From assembly GCA_030600585.1 (NCBI GenBank), contig JAUVLU010000002.1, positions 2,740 through 66,739 on the forward strand: a stretch of 64,000 nt of DNA, read 5' to 3'. Below the pieces are notes generated by a model. It had not been told where the DNA came from, made no database searches, and saw only the letters and a program-made list of their open reading frames with translations. Position 1 is the stretch's first letter, and each line of letters begins with the position of its first letter. This DNA comes from Candidatus Cloacimonadota bacterium (lineage in GTDB: Bacteria > Cloacimonadota > Cloacimonadia > Cloacimonadales > TCS61). The translations under genes and the position numbers were made by a program. Below are positions 45,704 through 56,122 of this stretch, one piece after another.

Positions 45704-47721
45704 TGCTTTACAATAAAGCATTATTGCAAACATTTGCCGATAAGGAGTTGCTTTTGAGAAGATATATTTTCGTAATAATAACACTTGCTTTTTCTCTGCT
45801 TAATGCAGTCGATTACCATACTGCGTCAGGTGAGAATGTGAAGCCCTCAGTGCGGGATACCCTCGTTTACTACCACACAAATACAGATGACCAGCACTGG
45901 TTCGGAAGCGATAGCTGGGCTGTAAAATTTGAATTCAATGAGTTTTATGCTGGGGTAGATCCACTTTTCTTTGAAGCTGAAGGAGCGAATATATTCATTC
46001 CGGGAAGCAGCGGTTCGGATCCTTTAACTCTAAAACTCTGTGAGGATAGATATGGTCAGCCGCTTCTCCATCCCGATAGTTTGTTATTTTCGCAAACACT
46101 GCAAGCTTCTGAAATTCAATATCAAGATTGGAATTACATTCAATTTTCCAATACGATAACGGATACGACTTTATGGCTGGTAGTAGATTATCCTACAAAT
46201 TCGACAGAGCAGTTCATCTCAGCTTCCGCAGTAGGTGGTTTGCAAAGCTATTTCTTAAATAATGGATATTATTATAATATGTACAGTATTAGTTATGATT
46301 CGGAATTTCTTTTTAGTCTTCAAGGCAGATTTATAACCGAAGGAACAGATTTGGATTTGGTTTCAATAGATTGGGAAGGTGAATTTCTGCCGGGTGCTTC
46401 CATACATCCAAAATTTACAGTAAAGAATAATTCTGATATTCCGGTTTCAGGAAGTTATATTATCCCATTATTGGAAGATCCTTCAGGCGAAATTGATCTT
46501 GTTTACACTGCTGACAGTACAACCTGTCATCAAATTGCTTTACCAATACTTAATGCAAATGAACTTTATGTGTTCGATGTAAGTGACAGCCTTATGTACA
46601 GACTTCCCGATGCAGCTTCTCAATATAAATTTGAATCTGAACTTTTCTGTATAACCGATAGCTTAACTCAGAATAATTCGATTGAGGATGAATTTCAAAT
46701 TTATGTTGAATTATTAGAAAATCTCATGATAGAGAATGCTGTGCAGTTAAATAGTTCAAGTTCCAATAATATCTGGTCTGCGCAGTCATCAGTTTTGGAT
46801 ACTTGTATTATTGTAAATTACTTTGCCGATCTGAATGACGAGCCATTTTTTAATGATGATTCTTGCGCAAGGTTTCATTATTATGATCTGTTGGGATTTC
46901 CTGCAACGATAGTTGGCGGAAGTGAAAAACTACTGGGTTATACAAGTGGATATTCTACTCAACTGATCGAACTTTATAATTCTGCAATTCAAAATAATAC
47001 ATTCATCAGCAATGATACATGTTATGCTTATTATAACGAACAGGGAAATGTCGGTTTCTATTATGAATTAGAAAACGCAGAAACTATTCTTTTTGATGAT
47101 TTCATAAATGATCTTACGATGCGTGTTGGTGTGATAGAGAATGTAGAAAATGAACCTGGAATACCTGCTGATACGAATATTCCTGTTTTTACTTATTTAA
47201 TTGCTGAAGTAGATGCAGATCAATTTTTAGAAAGTTTAACAATCTCTGATACAGTCCTTTTTAATATGAATGATGATTATACGACAATAACAGGTGATAC
47301 TGATAATTGCGAAGTTGTATTCTGGCTTCAGAATGATGAAACAAAAGAAATATTTCATGTGAACAAATTTCCATTTACAGAATTCCAACCCGGACTTGTC
47401 AGCATGGATGAGGATGAAATTCCAAATACTGATCATGCCATGGTCATTTTTCCTAATCCGTGCAAAACTAATGATGTTATGCATATTTCATTCTCTCTTT
47501 CTAATACGATCCAATCTGCCGAACTTAGAATTTATAATATAAAAGGGCAGTTAGTGAGAACAATGATAAAAGAACCAGTATCACAGAATACTTCCTTTAT
47601 TTGGAATGGGAAAAATAACGTGAATAAAACAGTTTCCAGCGGAATATATCTGATGCAGATCAAAGCGAAAGTTAACGGGAAAGAATACAATTTCCACAAA
47701 AAAAGTTTGTTGATCAGGTGA
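45703..47721 (+). CDS. T9SS-sorted hypothetical surface protein
   Basis: 672 aa. The probable true start is the TTG at 45754, 6 nt after AAGGAG, beginning the signal peptide LRRYIFVIITLAFSLLNA. C-terminal sorting domain FPNPCKTNDVMHISFSL...IYNIKGQLVRTM...SGIYLMQIKA. Confidence 0.7.
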   Translation: MLYNKALLQTFADKELLLRRYIFVIITLAFSLLNAVDYHTASGENVKPSVRDTLVYYHTNTDDQHWFGSDSWAVKFEFNEFYAGVDPLFFEAEGANIFIPGSSGSDPLTLKLCEDRYGQPLLHPDSLLFSQTLQASEIQYQDWNYIQFSNTITDTTLWLVVDYPTNSTEQFISASAVGGLQSYFLNNGYYYNMYSISYDSEFLFSLQGRFITEGTDLDLVSIDWEGEFLPGASIHPKFTVKNNSDIPVSGSYIIPLLEDPSGEIDLVYTADSTTCHQIALPILNANELYVFDVSDSLMYRLPDAASQYKFESELFCITDSLTQNNSIEDEFQIYVELLENLMIENAVQLNSSSSNNIWSAQSSVLDTCIIVNYFADLNDEPFFNDDSCARFHYYDLLGFPATIVGGSEKLLGYTSGYSTQLIELYNSAIQNNTFISNDTCYAYYNEQGNVGFYYELENAETILFDDFINDLTMRVGVIENVENEPGIPADTNIPVFTYLIAEVDADQFLESLTISDTVLFNMNDDYTTITGDTDNCEVVFWLQNDETKEIFHVNKFPFTEFQPGLVSMDEDEIPNTDHAMVIFPNPCKTNDVMHISFSLSNTIQSAELRIYNIKGQLVRTMIKEPVSQNTSFIWNGKNNVNKTVSSGIYLMQIKAKVNGKEYNFHKKSLLIR

Positions 47722-48773
47722 AAATGAAAAACAAGAATATATTTAATAAAAAATATTTTGAACTTACAGGCTGTGTTCACAATCATACCAAATATTCTTA
47801 TGATGCGCACGTTAAACTGAGTAAAATAATTAATGCTGCTAAGAAGAATGAACTTGATTATATAACGATAAACGATCATCACACAATGGAAGCACGGGAT
47901 GATGAAGCTGTAAAAAAAGAAAACGATATTATTATTATCGTCGGAGCAGAAATTAACGATCCACAGAAGAATAATCACTTTCTAATTTTTAATACTGATG
48001 AAATTATTCAGGGAAAGGAAGCAAAAGAATATGTTCAGCATTATGCTGAGTCGGAAGCAATCAGTTTTATTGCGCATCCTTTTGAAAAAAGAGCTTCCAA
48101 ACAATTCAGGAAATATATTTGGACAGATAAGAATATCGATAACTTTGATGGAATTGAAATATGGAATTACCTTTCGGAATGGGTCGGGAAACTAATTCCA
48201 AAACTAAATGGAATATTCTTTGTTCTGTTCCCTTCTATATTCGTGAGAAAACCGCATCGTGAAGCTTTGGATTACTGGGATGAATTAAATGCGGTGGGGA
48301 AGAGAAGATCAGCAGTAGGCAGTGTGGATGTGCATTCAGAGAGAATTGAGAAATTTGGATTTAAGTTCAGTTTTCTCACTCATAAAACAATATTTCGTTC
48401 AATTCGTACAAATGTTCTTATTCCTGAAAAGTTACCAATAAATCAGCAGAATATCCTAAAAGCTTTAAAAAATGGCAATAGTTATATAGTAAATTATAAA
48501 GTTGGGAATCCATACGATTTTTATGCAGGTATCGCTTCCTCTAAAAATGATAGTGCTGTCTTTGGTGAAGAATTAAAATTTACTGAAAATATGTATTTCT
48601 ATTTTAGACTTCCCAAAATTGCCAGAGTAAAACTTTATAGAAATGGGAAAAAGATTGCCTCTAAACATGATGAAAAAGGAAGATTCGAAATATCACAAAA
48701 AGGAAATTACAGATTAGAGATTTATAGATTCGGTTACGGCTGGATCTTTACAAATAATATTTATGTGGTTTGA
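47718..48773 (+). CDS. PHP-domain-like metal-dependent phosphoesterase (CehA/McbA-like)
   Basis: 351 aa. Contains GCVHNHTKYSYDAH, ITINDHHT and FIAHPF, His-rich metal motifs of the PHP superfamily. Confidence 0.55.
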   Translation: MKMKNKNIFNKKYFELTGCVHNHTKYSYDAHVKLSKIINAAKKNELDYITINDHHTMEARDDEAVKKENDIIIIVGAEINDPQKNNHFLIFNTDEIIQGKEAKEYVQHYAESEAISFIAHPFEKRASKQFRKYIWTDKNIDNFDGIEIWNYLSEWVGKLIPKLNGIFFVLFPSIFVRKPHREALDYWDELNAVGKRRSAVGSVDVHSERIEKFGFKFSFLTHKTIFRSIRTNVLIPEKLPINQQNILKALKNGNSYIVNYKVGNPYDFYAGIASSKNDSAVFGEELKFTENMYFYFRLPKIARVKLYRNGKKIASKHDEKGRFEISQKGNYRLEIYRFGYGWIFTNNIYVV

Positions 48774-48783
48774 GAATGATTTC

Positions 48784-48965
48784 CCTTCCGAAGCCTTTCT
48801 CTCAAGTTTTGCTTTAGGTTTGGATTCGGAAGGTTAGAAGGTAAAATAAAATTAGATGTTAGTGGAGAAACTTTCCGAATCTTAGTTGTCCGTCTTCGTT
48901 TTGGACTTCGCCGTGACAAGAAAGAATTCCTTTGCTGGAAGCTTCGGAAAGTGAAAAAAAATATT
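48784..48965. repeat. Dispersed intergenic element, copy A
   Basis: ccgaagcctttctctcaagttttgctttaggtttggattcggaaggttagaag and following sequence. It shares about 80 percent identity with 55686-55785 and carries an extra 55-nt insert. Confidence 0.8.
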
Positions 48966-48981
48966 ATTTATGTGATATAGG

Positions 48982-50151
48982 ATGGAATTTATGAAAAATA
49001 ATAGGTTATTTGAATATTACTATATTGATATTCTTTCAGTTTACCAAAATAATCCTGACAAATACAAAGTTTATACAGATAATTTTGAGGGAAGAATATC
49101 AATTAGAGATGATTACTACGAAACTCTTTCACCAGAAGAAAGGTTTTACATCAATATTCAATTTGGATTTAGAACAAAAACAGATGGTGAACTTGCTTTA
49201 GCAGTTTTTTCAGCTGATTTAAGAAAAGCTCCAGATGTTGAACAAAAAAAATGGCAAGGGTTTTTAATAAAAGATTGCTCAGTATTTGAAAAAGATGATG
49301 AAAGATTTAAACTGTTTTTTAATAGATTTATTTTAGGTGATTGGGATATTGAAAATGGAATATTATTTAGAATCCAAACTATAGTCTCTGAGATTAATGC
49401 TTTAACTGAAATGACATTAAATAGTCCTTTGTTTAAAGCCGAAGAAGATGTATATTTAATTTTTCCATCAGCTGAAAATGACCATAAATACCAAGATGCA
49501 CACACAAGAGCTTATGGTTTTTTAATTGATGGATTACAGATGACAACAATAAAAAAAATAGCAGAGAAGAAAAATATCAAAATTGAAAGCAATATCCAAA
49601 AAACATTAAAAGCTTTGAAGAAGATATTACCAAAAGAATTACATAATGAAATAATTGAACCTTTTAAGAAAGTATCAGATAAGCGAGGTCCTGCTACTCA
49701 CAATACAAGAAAACTATCTAAAAAATTTTCAGCATTTTCTCAATTTAATTTTGATATGGATAAGATATTTAAATCTTTAGAATTAATTAAAAAATTTATA
49801 GAAAAAATCACAAAAGTTTCTGCTGAGGTTTGTATGAAAAGAAAAAACAAATTATATATGTTACCTGAATTTGATGATGAAAAGAAAGTACTTCAGGATT
49901 ATTCAATTTCAAACTTTAACAGCATTGTTGGGAAAACAATCGAAAAAGTAAAGATAGGTTTCAAGAAAATTGATACTGATAATCCTGAAAGTGAATTATC
50001 TTTTCTTCATTTCAATGATGGTAGCATATTAAGTATTTCAATTGTTTCAAATATAAATCAACTTATTGATTCAAATGAACAGGATATAATAAAAGATTTA
50101 AGTTTGCAGTTTCATTTATGTTTTGTACCATCTTTAAAAGAAACTAAGTAA
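48982..50151 (+). CDS. Hypothetical cytoplasmic protein, very AT-rich
   Basis: 389 aa with no signal peptide and no family recognised. It contains one R-x4-H string (KRGPATHN). Confidence 0.5.
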   Translation: MEFMKNNRLFEYYYIDILSVYQNNPDKYKVYTDNFEGRISIRDDYYETLSPEERFYINIQFGFRTKTDGELALAVFSADLRKAPDVEQKKWQGFLIKDCSVFEKDDERFKLFFNRFILGDWDIENGILFRIQTIVSEINALTEMTLNSPLFKAEEDVYLIFPSAENDHKYQDAHTRAYGFLIDGLQMTTIKKIAEKKNIKIESNIQKTLKALKKILPKELHNEIIEPFKKVSDKRGPATHNTRKLSKKFSAFSQFNFDMDKIFKSLELIKKFIEKITKVSAEVCMKRKNKLYMLPEFDDEKKVLQDYSISNFNSIVGKTIEKVKIGFKKIDTDNPESELSFLHFNDGSILSISIVSNINQLIDSNEQDIIKDLSLQFHLCFVPSLKETK

Positions 50152-50169
50152 TGAATAGGAGTAAGTATT

Positions 50170-51834
50170 ATGAAAAATTATCTATTATTTTTTCTTATAA
50201 TTTTTGTACCGATTGCTATTTACCCGTCTCAAGAAATCGGACAAAATTTTAATATAGATGAAAATATTAAATATTCCCAATATAATTATACCATAAAGTT
50301 AGACTATCTCAAAGTTACAGAAAACTATTATTTTCTGACAATTTACTTCCACAATAAGTCTTTTAATCCATCTAAAAAGTATAAAATATTATTCAATATT
50401 GATATTAACGGAACGGGAAATGCTGATGATTTTATTTGTACAAATACATATAGTAGTAGTAGTAATAGCCCTTGGTTATCTTGGGATAAAGAGCACATAA
50501 GAGAAAATATTCTTTTTTCAAATTTTTATACTAAACAATTTATTTTGCTTTATAGTTCAGCAAATACTAAAGACAATATTTATAGCAATTTTAAATCAGT
50601 TATTAAGATTCCAAGATATGCAACAAGTATTTCATTTTCCGGCTGGATAGATGACACAGAAGGTAATTCTTGGAGCAAAACAGAATTTTATAATATTTTC
50701 AAATTTACAGATTACGACAATTTATTGAAGTCAGATTTATCAGAAATACAATTTGATAAAAATTCTCCTATTCTCTCAATTATAAGTCCAGAATATGAAG
50801 GTGATTATTTTAGAACGGAGAACAATACCATTTCAATTATCGGAAATACTTCTGATGATAATGGGATTGCTAATTTAAAAATAAATGATAAGAAAAAACC
50901 TTTAGATTCGGATAATAATTTTCTAGTAAAATATAAATTAAAATTCGGATTAAATAGGATAAATATCAAAGCAGAAGATATTTTTGGAAATATTAGTAGA
51001 AAAGAGCTTTTAATATACCGTGATGAAATAATTAAAGAAGAAGTAAATTTTTCTGATGTTGATATCCCATTGAAAACCAGTAATAGAAATAATGCTATTG
51101 CAGTTGTTTTAGGAATTGAAGAATATCAATATGCTCCAAGCGTATCAAATGCTTATAATGACGCAGAAATAATGCGAGAATATTTAATTTCAACTTTTGG
51201 TCTTAAAAGAAAAAACATCTATTTTAGATATAACGAAAGAGCTACAAAAGGTGAGTTTGACAAAGTATTTTCAGAAAATGGTTGGATTGCTAAAAATGCT
51301 AATAAGAATTCTGAAATTTATGTATTTTATGCAGGTCATGGAGTTGCATCAACAGAGGATAAAAGTGCATATTTAATCCCAAATGATATTGATCCCAATT
51401 ATGCAAGCACAGGTTATTCATTAAATGAACTGTATCAGAATTTGAGTAAAATAAAATCAAAATCAACAACAATAATCTTAGATGCCTGCTTCTCAGGTGT
51501 TTCAAGAGAAAATGAGATGTTATTGGCAGATTCACGACCGATCAGCATTGAAGTAAAGCAAGGTTCAATTCCAAAAAATCTTAATGTTTTTACAGCTTCA
51601 TCAGGCAGTGAGATCAGTTCAGGTTATTCTCAGAAATTGCACGGATTGTTTACTTACTTCTTTTTAAAAGGATTAAATAAAAATGCTGATATAAACAATG
51701 ATAAAAAAATTACTTATGGTGAGATGGAACAATACCTAAAAGAGAATGTATCTTCGCAAGCGAGAAAAATGGGCAGAGAACAAAATCCTCAATTGCATAC
51801 AACTGATAAAGATAAGATCCTTTTGAAATATTAA
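50170..51834 (+). CDS. Exported caspase-like (peptidase C14) domain protein
   Basis: 554 aa. Signal peptide. The C-terminal domain has the His/Cys dyad context IYVFYAGHGVAS and TTIILDACFSG, which is the C14 pattern. Confidence 0.75.
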   Translation: MKNYLLFFLIIFVPIAIYPSQEIGQNFNIDENIKYSQYNYTIKLDYLKVTENYYFLTIYFHNKSFNPSKKYKILFNIDINGTGNADDFICTNTYSSSSNSPWLSWDKEHIRENILFSNFYTKQFILLYSSANTKDNIYSNFKSVIKIPRYATSISFSGWIDDTEGNSWSKTEFYNIFKFTDYDNLLKSDLSEIQFDKNSPILSIISPEYEGDYFRTENNTISIIGNTSDDNGIANLKINDKKKPLDSDNNFLVKYKLKFGLNRINIKAEDIFGNISRKELLIYRDEIIKEEVNFSDVDIPLKTSNRNNAIAVVLGIEEYQYAPSVSNAYNDAEIMREYLISTFGLKRKNIYFRYNERATKGEFDKVFSENGWIAKNANKNSEIYVFYAGHGVASTEDKSAYLIPNDIDPNYASTGYSLNELYQNLSKIKSKSTTIILDACFSGVSRENEMLLADSRPISIEVKQGSIPKNLNVFTASSGSEISSGYSQKLHGLFTYFFLKGLNKNADINNDKKITYGEMEQYLKENVSSQARKMGREQNPQLHTTDKDKILLKY

Positions 51835-51843
51835 GAGATAGAA

Positions 51844-52671
51844 ATGAAAAAGTTAATTTTGATAGTTTTTTTTATTTTTACATTTACTTCACTTTTCTCT
51901 GAGCAACCTCAAATAACCAATTTAAGTAATGATTGGTATCAAGTTACTGTTTCTATTCCTATCGCAAATATTACACCGGAACAAGCGAGAGAAAAGGCAA
52001 TGCAGAAAGCCTGTCAAATGGTAATCGAGCAATTTGCAGGAATCGAGGTGACAGGTAGAACTTCATTAATTCAAGCTGAATCTAATAATGAAATTACAAT
52101 GGATCATTTTAGTAAATTAACTAATCAAATCTCTAATGGAATAATTCTTGAAAAAGAAATATTAGATGAAAAAAATATAACTGAAAACAATCTGCTTTAT
52201 AAACGAGTTACAGTAAAATTAAAAGTTGGTAAGCAGCAGGGAGAAAACGATCCCTACTTTTCATTAGATGCCGGTTTAAACAAAAATTATTTTCAGGAAG
52301 GTGAAGAACTCTTTCTTAATGTTAAACCTACAAAAGATTGTTATCTTACAATTCTTAATATCATGTCAGATGAGAATGTGGTAACAATATTTCCCAATCA
52401 ATATCGTAAAGATAATTTCGTAAAAGCAGGTAACGTTTTTGAATTGCCAAATCAGTCTGATATTGAACAAGGGATAATGTTCAAGGTAAATTTGTTACAT
52501 GATAAATTGGAAGATGCGGAGATCATTAAAATAATTGCAACCAAAGAACCTGTCTCAATTAAAATCGATTCGGATTTCAATACAGCATTTGAAGCTTTGC
52601 AGAATTGGCTTGTTACAATTCCACGAGATCAAATTGAAGAAGTTGATCTGCAGTATTTTATTTATAAATAA
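51844..52671 (+). CDS. DUF4384-like exported protein (common caspase-domain partner)
   Basis: 275 aa. Signal peptide. GEELFLNVKPTKDCYLTILNIMSDENVVTIFPNQY resembles the DUF4384 core. Confidence 0.55.
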   Translation: MKKLILIVFFIFTFTSLFSEQPQITNLSNDWYQVTVSIPIANITPEQAREKAMQKACQMVIEQFAGIEVTGRTSLIQAESNNEITMDHFSKLTNQISNGIILEKEILDEKNITENNLLYKRVTVKLKVGKQQGENDPYFSLDAGLNKNYFQEGEELFLNVKPTKDCYLTILNIMSDENVVTIFPNQYRKDNFVKAGNVFELPNQSDIEQGIMFKVNLLHDKLEDAEIIKIIATKEPVSIKIDSDFNTAFEALQNWLVTIPRDQIEEVDLQYFIYK

Positions 52672-52845
52672 CTACGGGTTTTACCCGTAGTCATTCAAGT
52701 TCAACTCCTTCGGAGTTTAATAGGAGTGAATCAGGTATTATTAATCCCAAAGGGATTGAACAATAATAACCACAGATGAAATCTGTGGTCTGTAGGTGGA
52801 ACCTACGAAAAACCCTGTAGGGGTTTAATTAACTCCTTCGGAGTT
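52672..52845. repeat. String of seven short perfect hairpins
   Basis: The hairpins are at 52672-52690, 52703-52717, 52743-52757, 52769-52789, 52792-52806, 52810-52826 and 52831-52845. Stems are 6-9 bp and loops 3-5 nt. Hairpins 2 and 7 are identical (aactccttcggagtt). Confidence 0.85.
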
Positions 52846-52900
52846 TTGTATTGACGATTTATGGAGTCAGAGAAAAATTAATAAATATAGGAAGGGAATT

Positions 52901-53848
52901 ATGAATAATAAAATTTTTGTTAAAGAATTAAAAGATCATTTGAATAAGGAGATAATCAGTAATTTTCTGGTTACAGAAAAGATCCTGCGGGAAGGAACTA
53001 AAGATTTTTACTTAAGATTAAAACTGGCAGACAGCTCAGGCTCGATTGCCGGTAATGTATGGAATAATGCAAAAGCAGTTGCTGAGAAATTTGAAGAAGG
53101 CGATGTAGTTCAGATAAAAGGTTTTATAATCACATATAAAGCACAGCTTCAGATTACTGTGAATAAATTGAAAAAAGTACCTCAGGAAGAATATGACCTT
53201 CAGGATTTTTTGGAAACAACTTCCAAAGATATAAATAAACTCTCGGATAAATTATTCAATTATATCGATAGCATTAAGAACCAATATCTAAAAGAGTTAC
53301 TATCGAATATCTTTGAAGATAAAGAATTTTTCGCAAAGTTCGGGCAAGCACCGGCAGCCAAAGGCTGGCATCATAATTACATTGGCGGACTTCTGGAGCA
53401 TACAATTACCGTCGCGGGATTATGCGATTACGCTTCCCACACATATAAAGCCGATAGAGATCTGCTTATTACAGGAGCTATTTTACACGATATTGGAAAA
53501 GTTTTTGAGTATCGGGTTGTGCCGAATATTGAATTTACTCCGGTAGGAAGATTGGTTGGACATATTCCGCTTGGAGATAATTTTGTTGCCGATAAATCGA
53601 AAGAGATCAATAATTTTCCCAAAGACCTTCTTATGAAGTTACGTCATTTAATTCTGTCGCATCATGGCGAATATGAAATGGCATCGGCAAGACTTCCTCA
53701 AACTCTGGAAGCTACGATCCTTCATCAAGCAGATAACTTTGATGCGCAGTCAATTGGTGTGCAGCAGCTCAAGGACGCTGTAACTGATGATGATACCGTC
53801 TGGACAGAATTTGATAGATTAAACAGCAGATTTTATTATATAAAGTAA
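52901..53848 (+). CDS. yhaM: OB-fold + HD-domain 3'-5' exoribonuclease (YhaM family)
   Basis: 315 aa. N-terminal OB fold (LKLADSSGSIAGNVWN), then HHNYIGGLLEHT, LHDIGK and LILSHHG. Confidence 0.75.
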   Translation: MNNKIFVKELKDHLNKEIISNFLVTEKILREGTKDFYLRLKLADSSGSIAGNVWNNAKAVAEKFEEGDVVQIKGFIITYKAQLQITVNKLKKVPQEEYDLQDFLETTSKDINKLSDKLFNYIDSIKNQYLKELLSNIFEDKEFFAKFGQAPAAKGWHHNYIGGLLEHTITVAGLCDYASHTYKADRDLLITGAILHDIGKVFEYRVVPNIEFTPVGRLVGHIPLGDNFVADKSKEINNFPKDLLMKLRHLILSHHGEYEMASARLPQTLEATILHQADNFDAQSIGVQQLKDAVTDDDTVWTEFDRLNSRFYYIK

Positions 53849-53851
53849 AAT

Positions 53852-54637
53852 ATGTTCCAAACATCTGTATTAGCGAGTGGCAGTAAAGGGAACTCGATCC
53901 TGATTCGAACCGAAAATACTAAAATACTTCTCGATGCCGGACTCAGCGGCAGGAAAATAACAAATTTTATTCAAAGCATAAAATTGGATGAGAATAAACT
54001 GGATGGAATAGTTATCAGCCATGAACACAGCGATCATATTAGCGGAGCCGGTATTATTTGCCGCAAATTACAAATTCCACTTTATATTACTAAACCAACT
54101 TATGATGTTTGCAGGGAGCGGTTAGGAAAATTACCCATTGAAGCAGTTCACTTTAAAAATGGATCGTCATTTACGATTGGTAATATTGAGATCCGGGCAT
54201 TTCAATCTTCTCACGATGTAGCTGACGGGAGTAATTTCACATTTAAAAAGGTTGGTGATGATACAAGAAAGTTAGCGGTAGCAACAGATCTTGGTTTCAG
54301 TTCCAAATTAATGATAATGCAGTTAAAAAATTCTACCTCCATAATATTGGAAAGCAATCATGATGTTAAAATGTTATTGGCTGGATCATATCCGCCGCAT
54401 TTGAAACAGCGTATAAAAAGTAAACAAGGTCATCTCTCTAATGAACAGGCAGTTGGTGTGGTTTCGCAGGTTGTTCATCCGGGATTGAAAAATATAATTC
54501 TTGCGCATCTGAGCGAGGAAAATAATCTTCCCAAAAAAGCTGAGAAGTTGATGAAAGATTATTTGCAAAGTATAAACCATGATCTACAGCTTATTGTAGC
54601 TTCGCAGTATGAATCTACAAAATTGATAGATGTGTAA
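53852..54637 (+). CDS. MBL-fold metallo-hydrolase (YycJ/WalJ-like)
   Basis: 261 aa. Contains LLDAGLSG and ISHEHSDHISG (HxHxDH). Confidence 0.8.
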   Translation: MFQTSVLASGSKGNSILIRTENTKILLDAGLSGRKITNFIQSIKLDENKLDGIVISHEHSDHISGAGIICRKLQIPLYITKPTYDVCRERLGKLPIEAVHFKNGSSFTIGNIEIRAFQSSHDVADGSNFTFKKVGDDTRKLAVATDLGFSSKLMIMQLKNSTSIILESNHDVKMLLAGSYPPHLKQRIKSKQGHLSNEQAVGVVSQVVHPGLKNIILAHLSEENNLPKKAEKLMKDYLQSINHDLQLIVASQYESTKLIDV

Positions 54638-54716
54638 TTAAAATAGATCCGGCTTCGTTCCGCACCAAAAGAAATACAATTTGGTGCGATACTACGCCGT
54701 GACCAGAAAGGAAAAT

Positions 54717-55652
54717 ATGCTAATTTCAATATTATTATTAATTATAGGATTTGTGATAATTATAAAAGGTGCGGATTTTTTAATTGATGGTGCTTCATCA
54801 ATTGCAAAGAAGCTTTCCATCTCCGAAATTGCAATTGGACTCACGATAGTTGCTTTCGGAACTTCCGCTCCGGAATTGATCGTGAATATATTCGCTAGTA
54901 TTGGTGGACATCACGAGATCACATTTGGTAATATTTTGGGAAGTAACATCTTTAATATTCTCATGGTTCTGGGAATTGCCGGGATTATCTCTACAATATC
55001 CGTTCAGAGAAATACTGTTTTAAAAGAAATTCCATTTCTGCTGGTAGCTACTTTGCTTGTTTTTGGGCTGGCATTATGGAATTCTGATCTTTCCACTATC
55101 GATGGTATTATTTTGATCGTATTTCTTATTATCTTTTTTGTTTATGTTTTTGTTATTCTTAAAGCAAAACCGCTGCAAGGCTCGAATATAAAGGAATATT
55201 CATATCCAATTACAATTCTCATGATGATCTTAGGAATTATAGGTCTATTTTTTGGTGGAAAGTTCGTAGTTGATAATGCTGTGATAATCGCGCGGCATTA
55301 TGAAGTGAGTGAAAAGTTTATAGGGCTTACAATAGTTGCTTTGGGTACATCACTACCGGAACTTGTAACATCTGTAATAGCTATCACGAAAGGCAGAAAC
55401 GATCTGGCTATTGGGAATGTGATCGGCTCTAATCTTTTCAATATTCTGCTTGTGCTTGGTGTGAGCTCACTTATCACTCCAATTCATTATGATATTTCTC
55501 TTAATATTGATTTTACTTTTCTTTGTATTATTACGACTATGTTGTTTATAACAATGTTCATCGGTAAAAAACATAAACTTACCAAAATCGAAGCAGTATT
55601 TTTTGTTCTTTTATATTCAGTATATCTTGTGTTTATATTTTATAGGAAGTAG
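54717..55652 (+). CDS. Ca2+/Na+ antiporter (CaCA / YrbG family)
   Basis: The ATG at 54717 follows AAGGA; the track start at 54681 lies inside a repeat module. Both alpha-repeats are present (GTSAPELIVN and GTSLPELVTS). Confidence 0.85.
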   Translation: MLISILLLIIGFVIIIKGADFLIDGASSIAKKLSISEIAIGLTIVAFGTSAPELIVNIFASIGGHHEITFGNILGSNIFNILMVLGIAGIISTISVQRNTVLKEIPFLLVATLLVFGLALWNSDLSTIDGIILIVFLIIFFVYVFVILKAKPLQGSNIKEYSYPITILMMILGIIGLFFGGKFVVDNAVIIARHYEVSEKFIGLTIVALGTSLPELVTSVIAITKGRNDLAIGNVIGSNLFNILLVLGVSSLITPIHYDISLNIDFTFLCIITTMLFITMFIGKKHKLTKIEAVFFVLLYSVYLVFIFYRK

Positions 55653-55685
55653 AAAAAAATGAATATCGAATGATGATTAGCTCAC

Positions 55686-55785
55686 ATTTCGAAGTCTTTC
55701 TCTCAAGTTTTCTTGTGTAGAGGATTCGGAAGGTTAGAAGAAAAATGAAATTTGAGGTTAATAAAAAGCTTCGGAAAAAAATTAT
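55686..55785. repeat. Dispersed intergenic element, copy B
   Basis: tcgaagtctttctctcaagttttcttgtgtagaggattcggaaggttagaag and following sequence align with 48784-48965. Confidence 0.8.
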
Positions 55786-56122
55786 GGTAGTGTAACATAA
55801 TTAATGAAAGATTATGAAAAGCTATCATAAACTTGTCACAAGTGATTTCATCATCTTGTGATAAGTTGTTCGTGCTATATTTGGAGGAAGATAATGCTCC
55901 TGTTTCAACTTAACATTTATCCACCTTAGGCGGACAAGACCTTCCGGCTTTATACATTATGCCGTGACAGGTTGGCTTGTGCCAAGTCTTAGAAAAAGTA
56001 ATTTGAGATTCCAATCTCGAAAAGTAGAATTGCTCAACATTGGAATGTTGAGTTACAATGTAGTGTAATATAATTTATGAGAGTTCTGTGTTACAGAACC
56101 AAAATTATAATAAGGAGATCAA

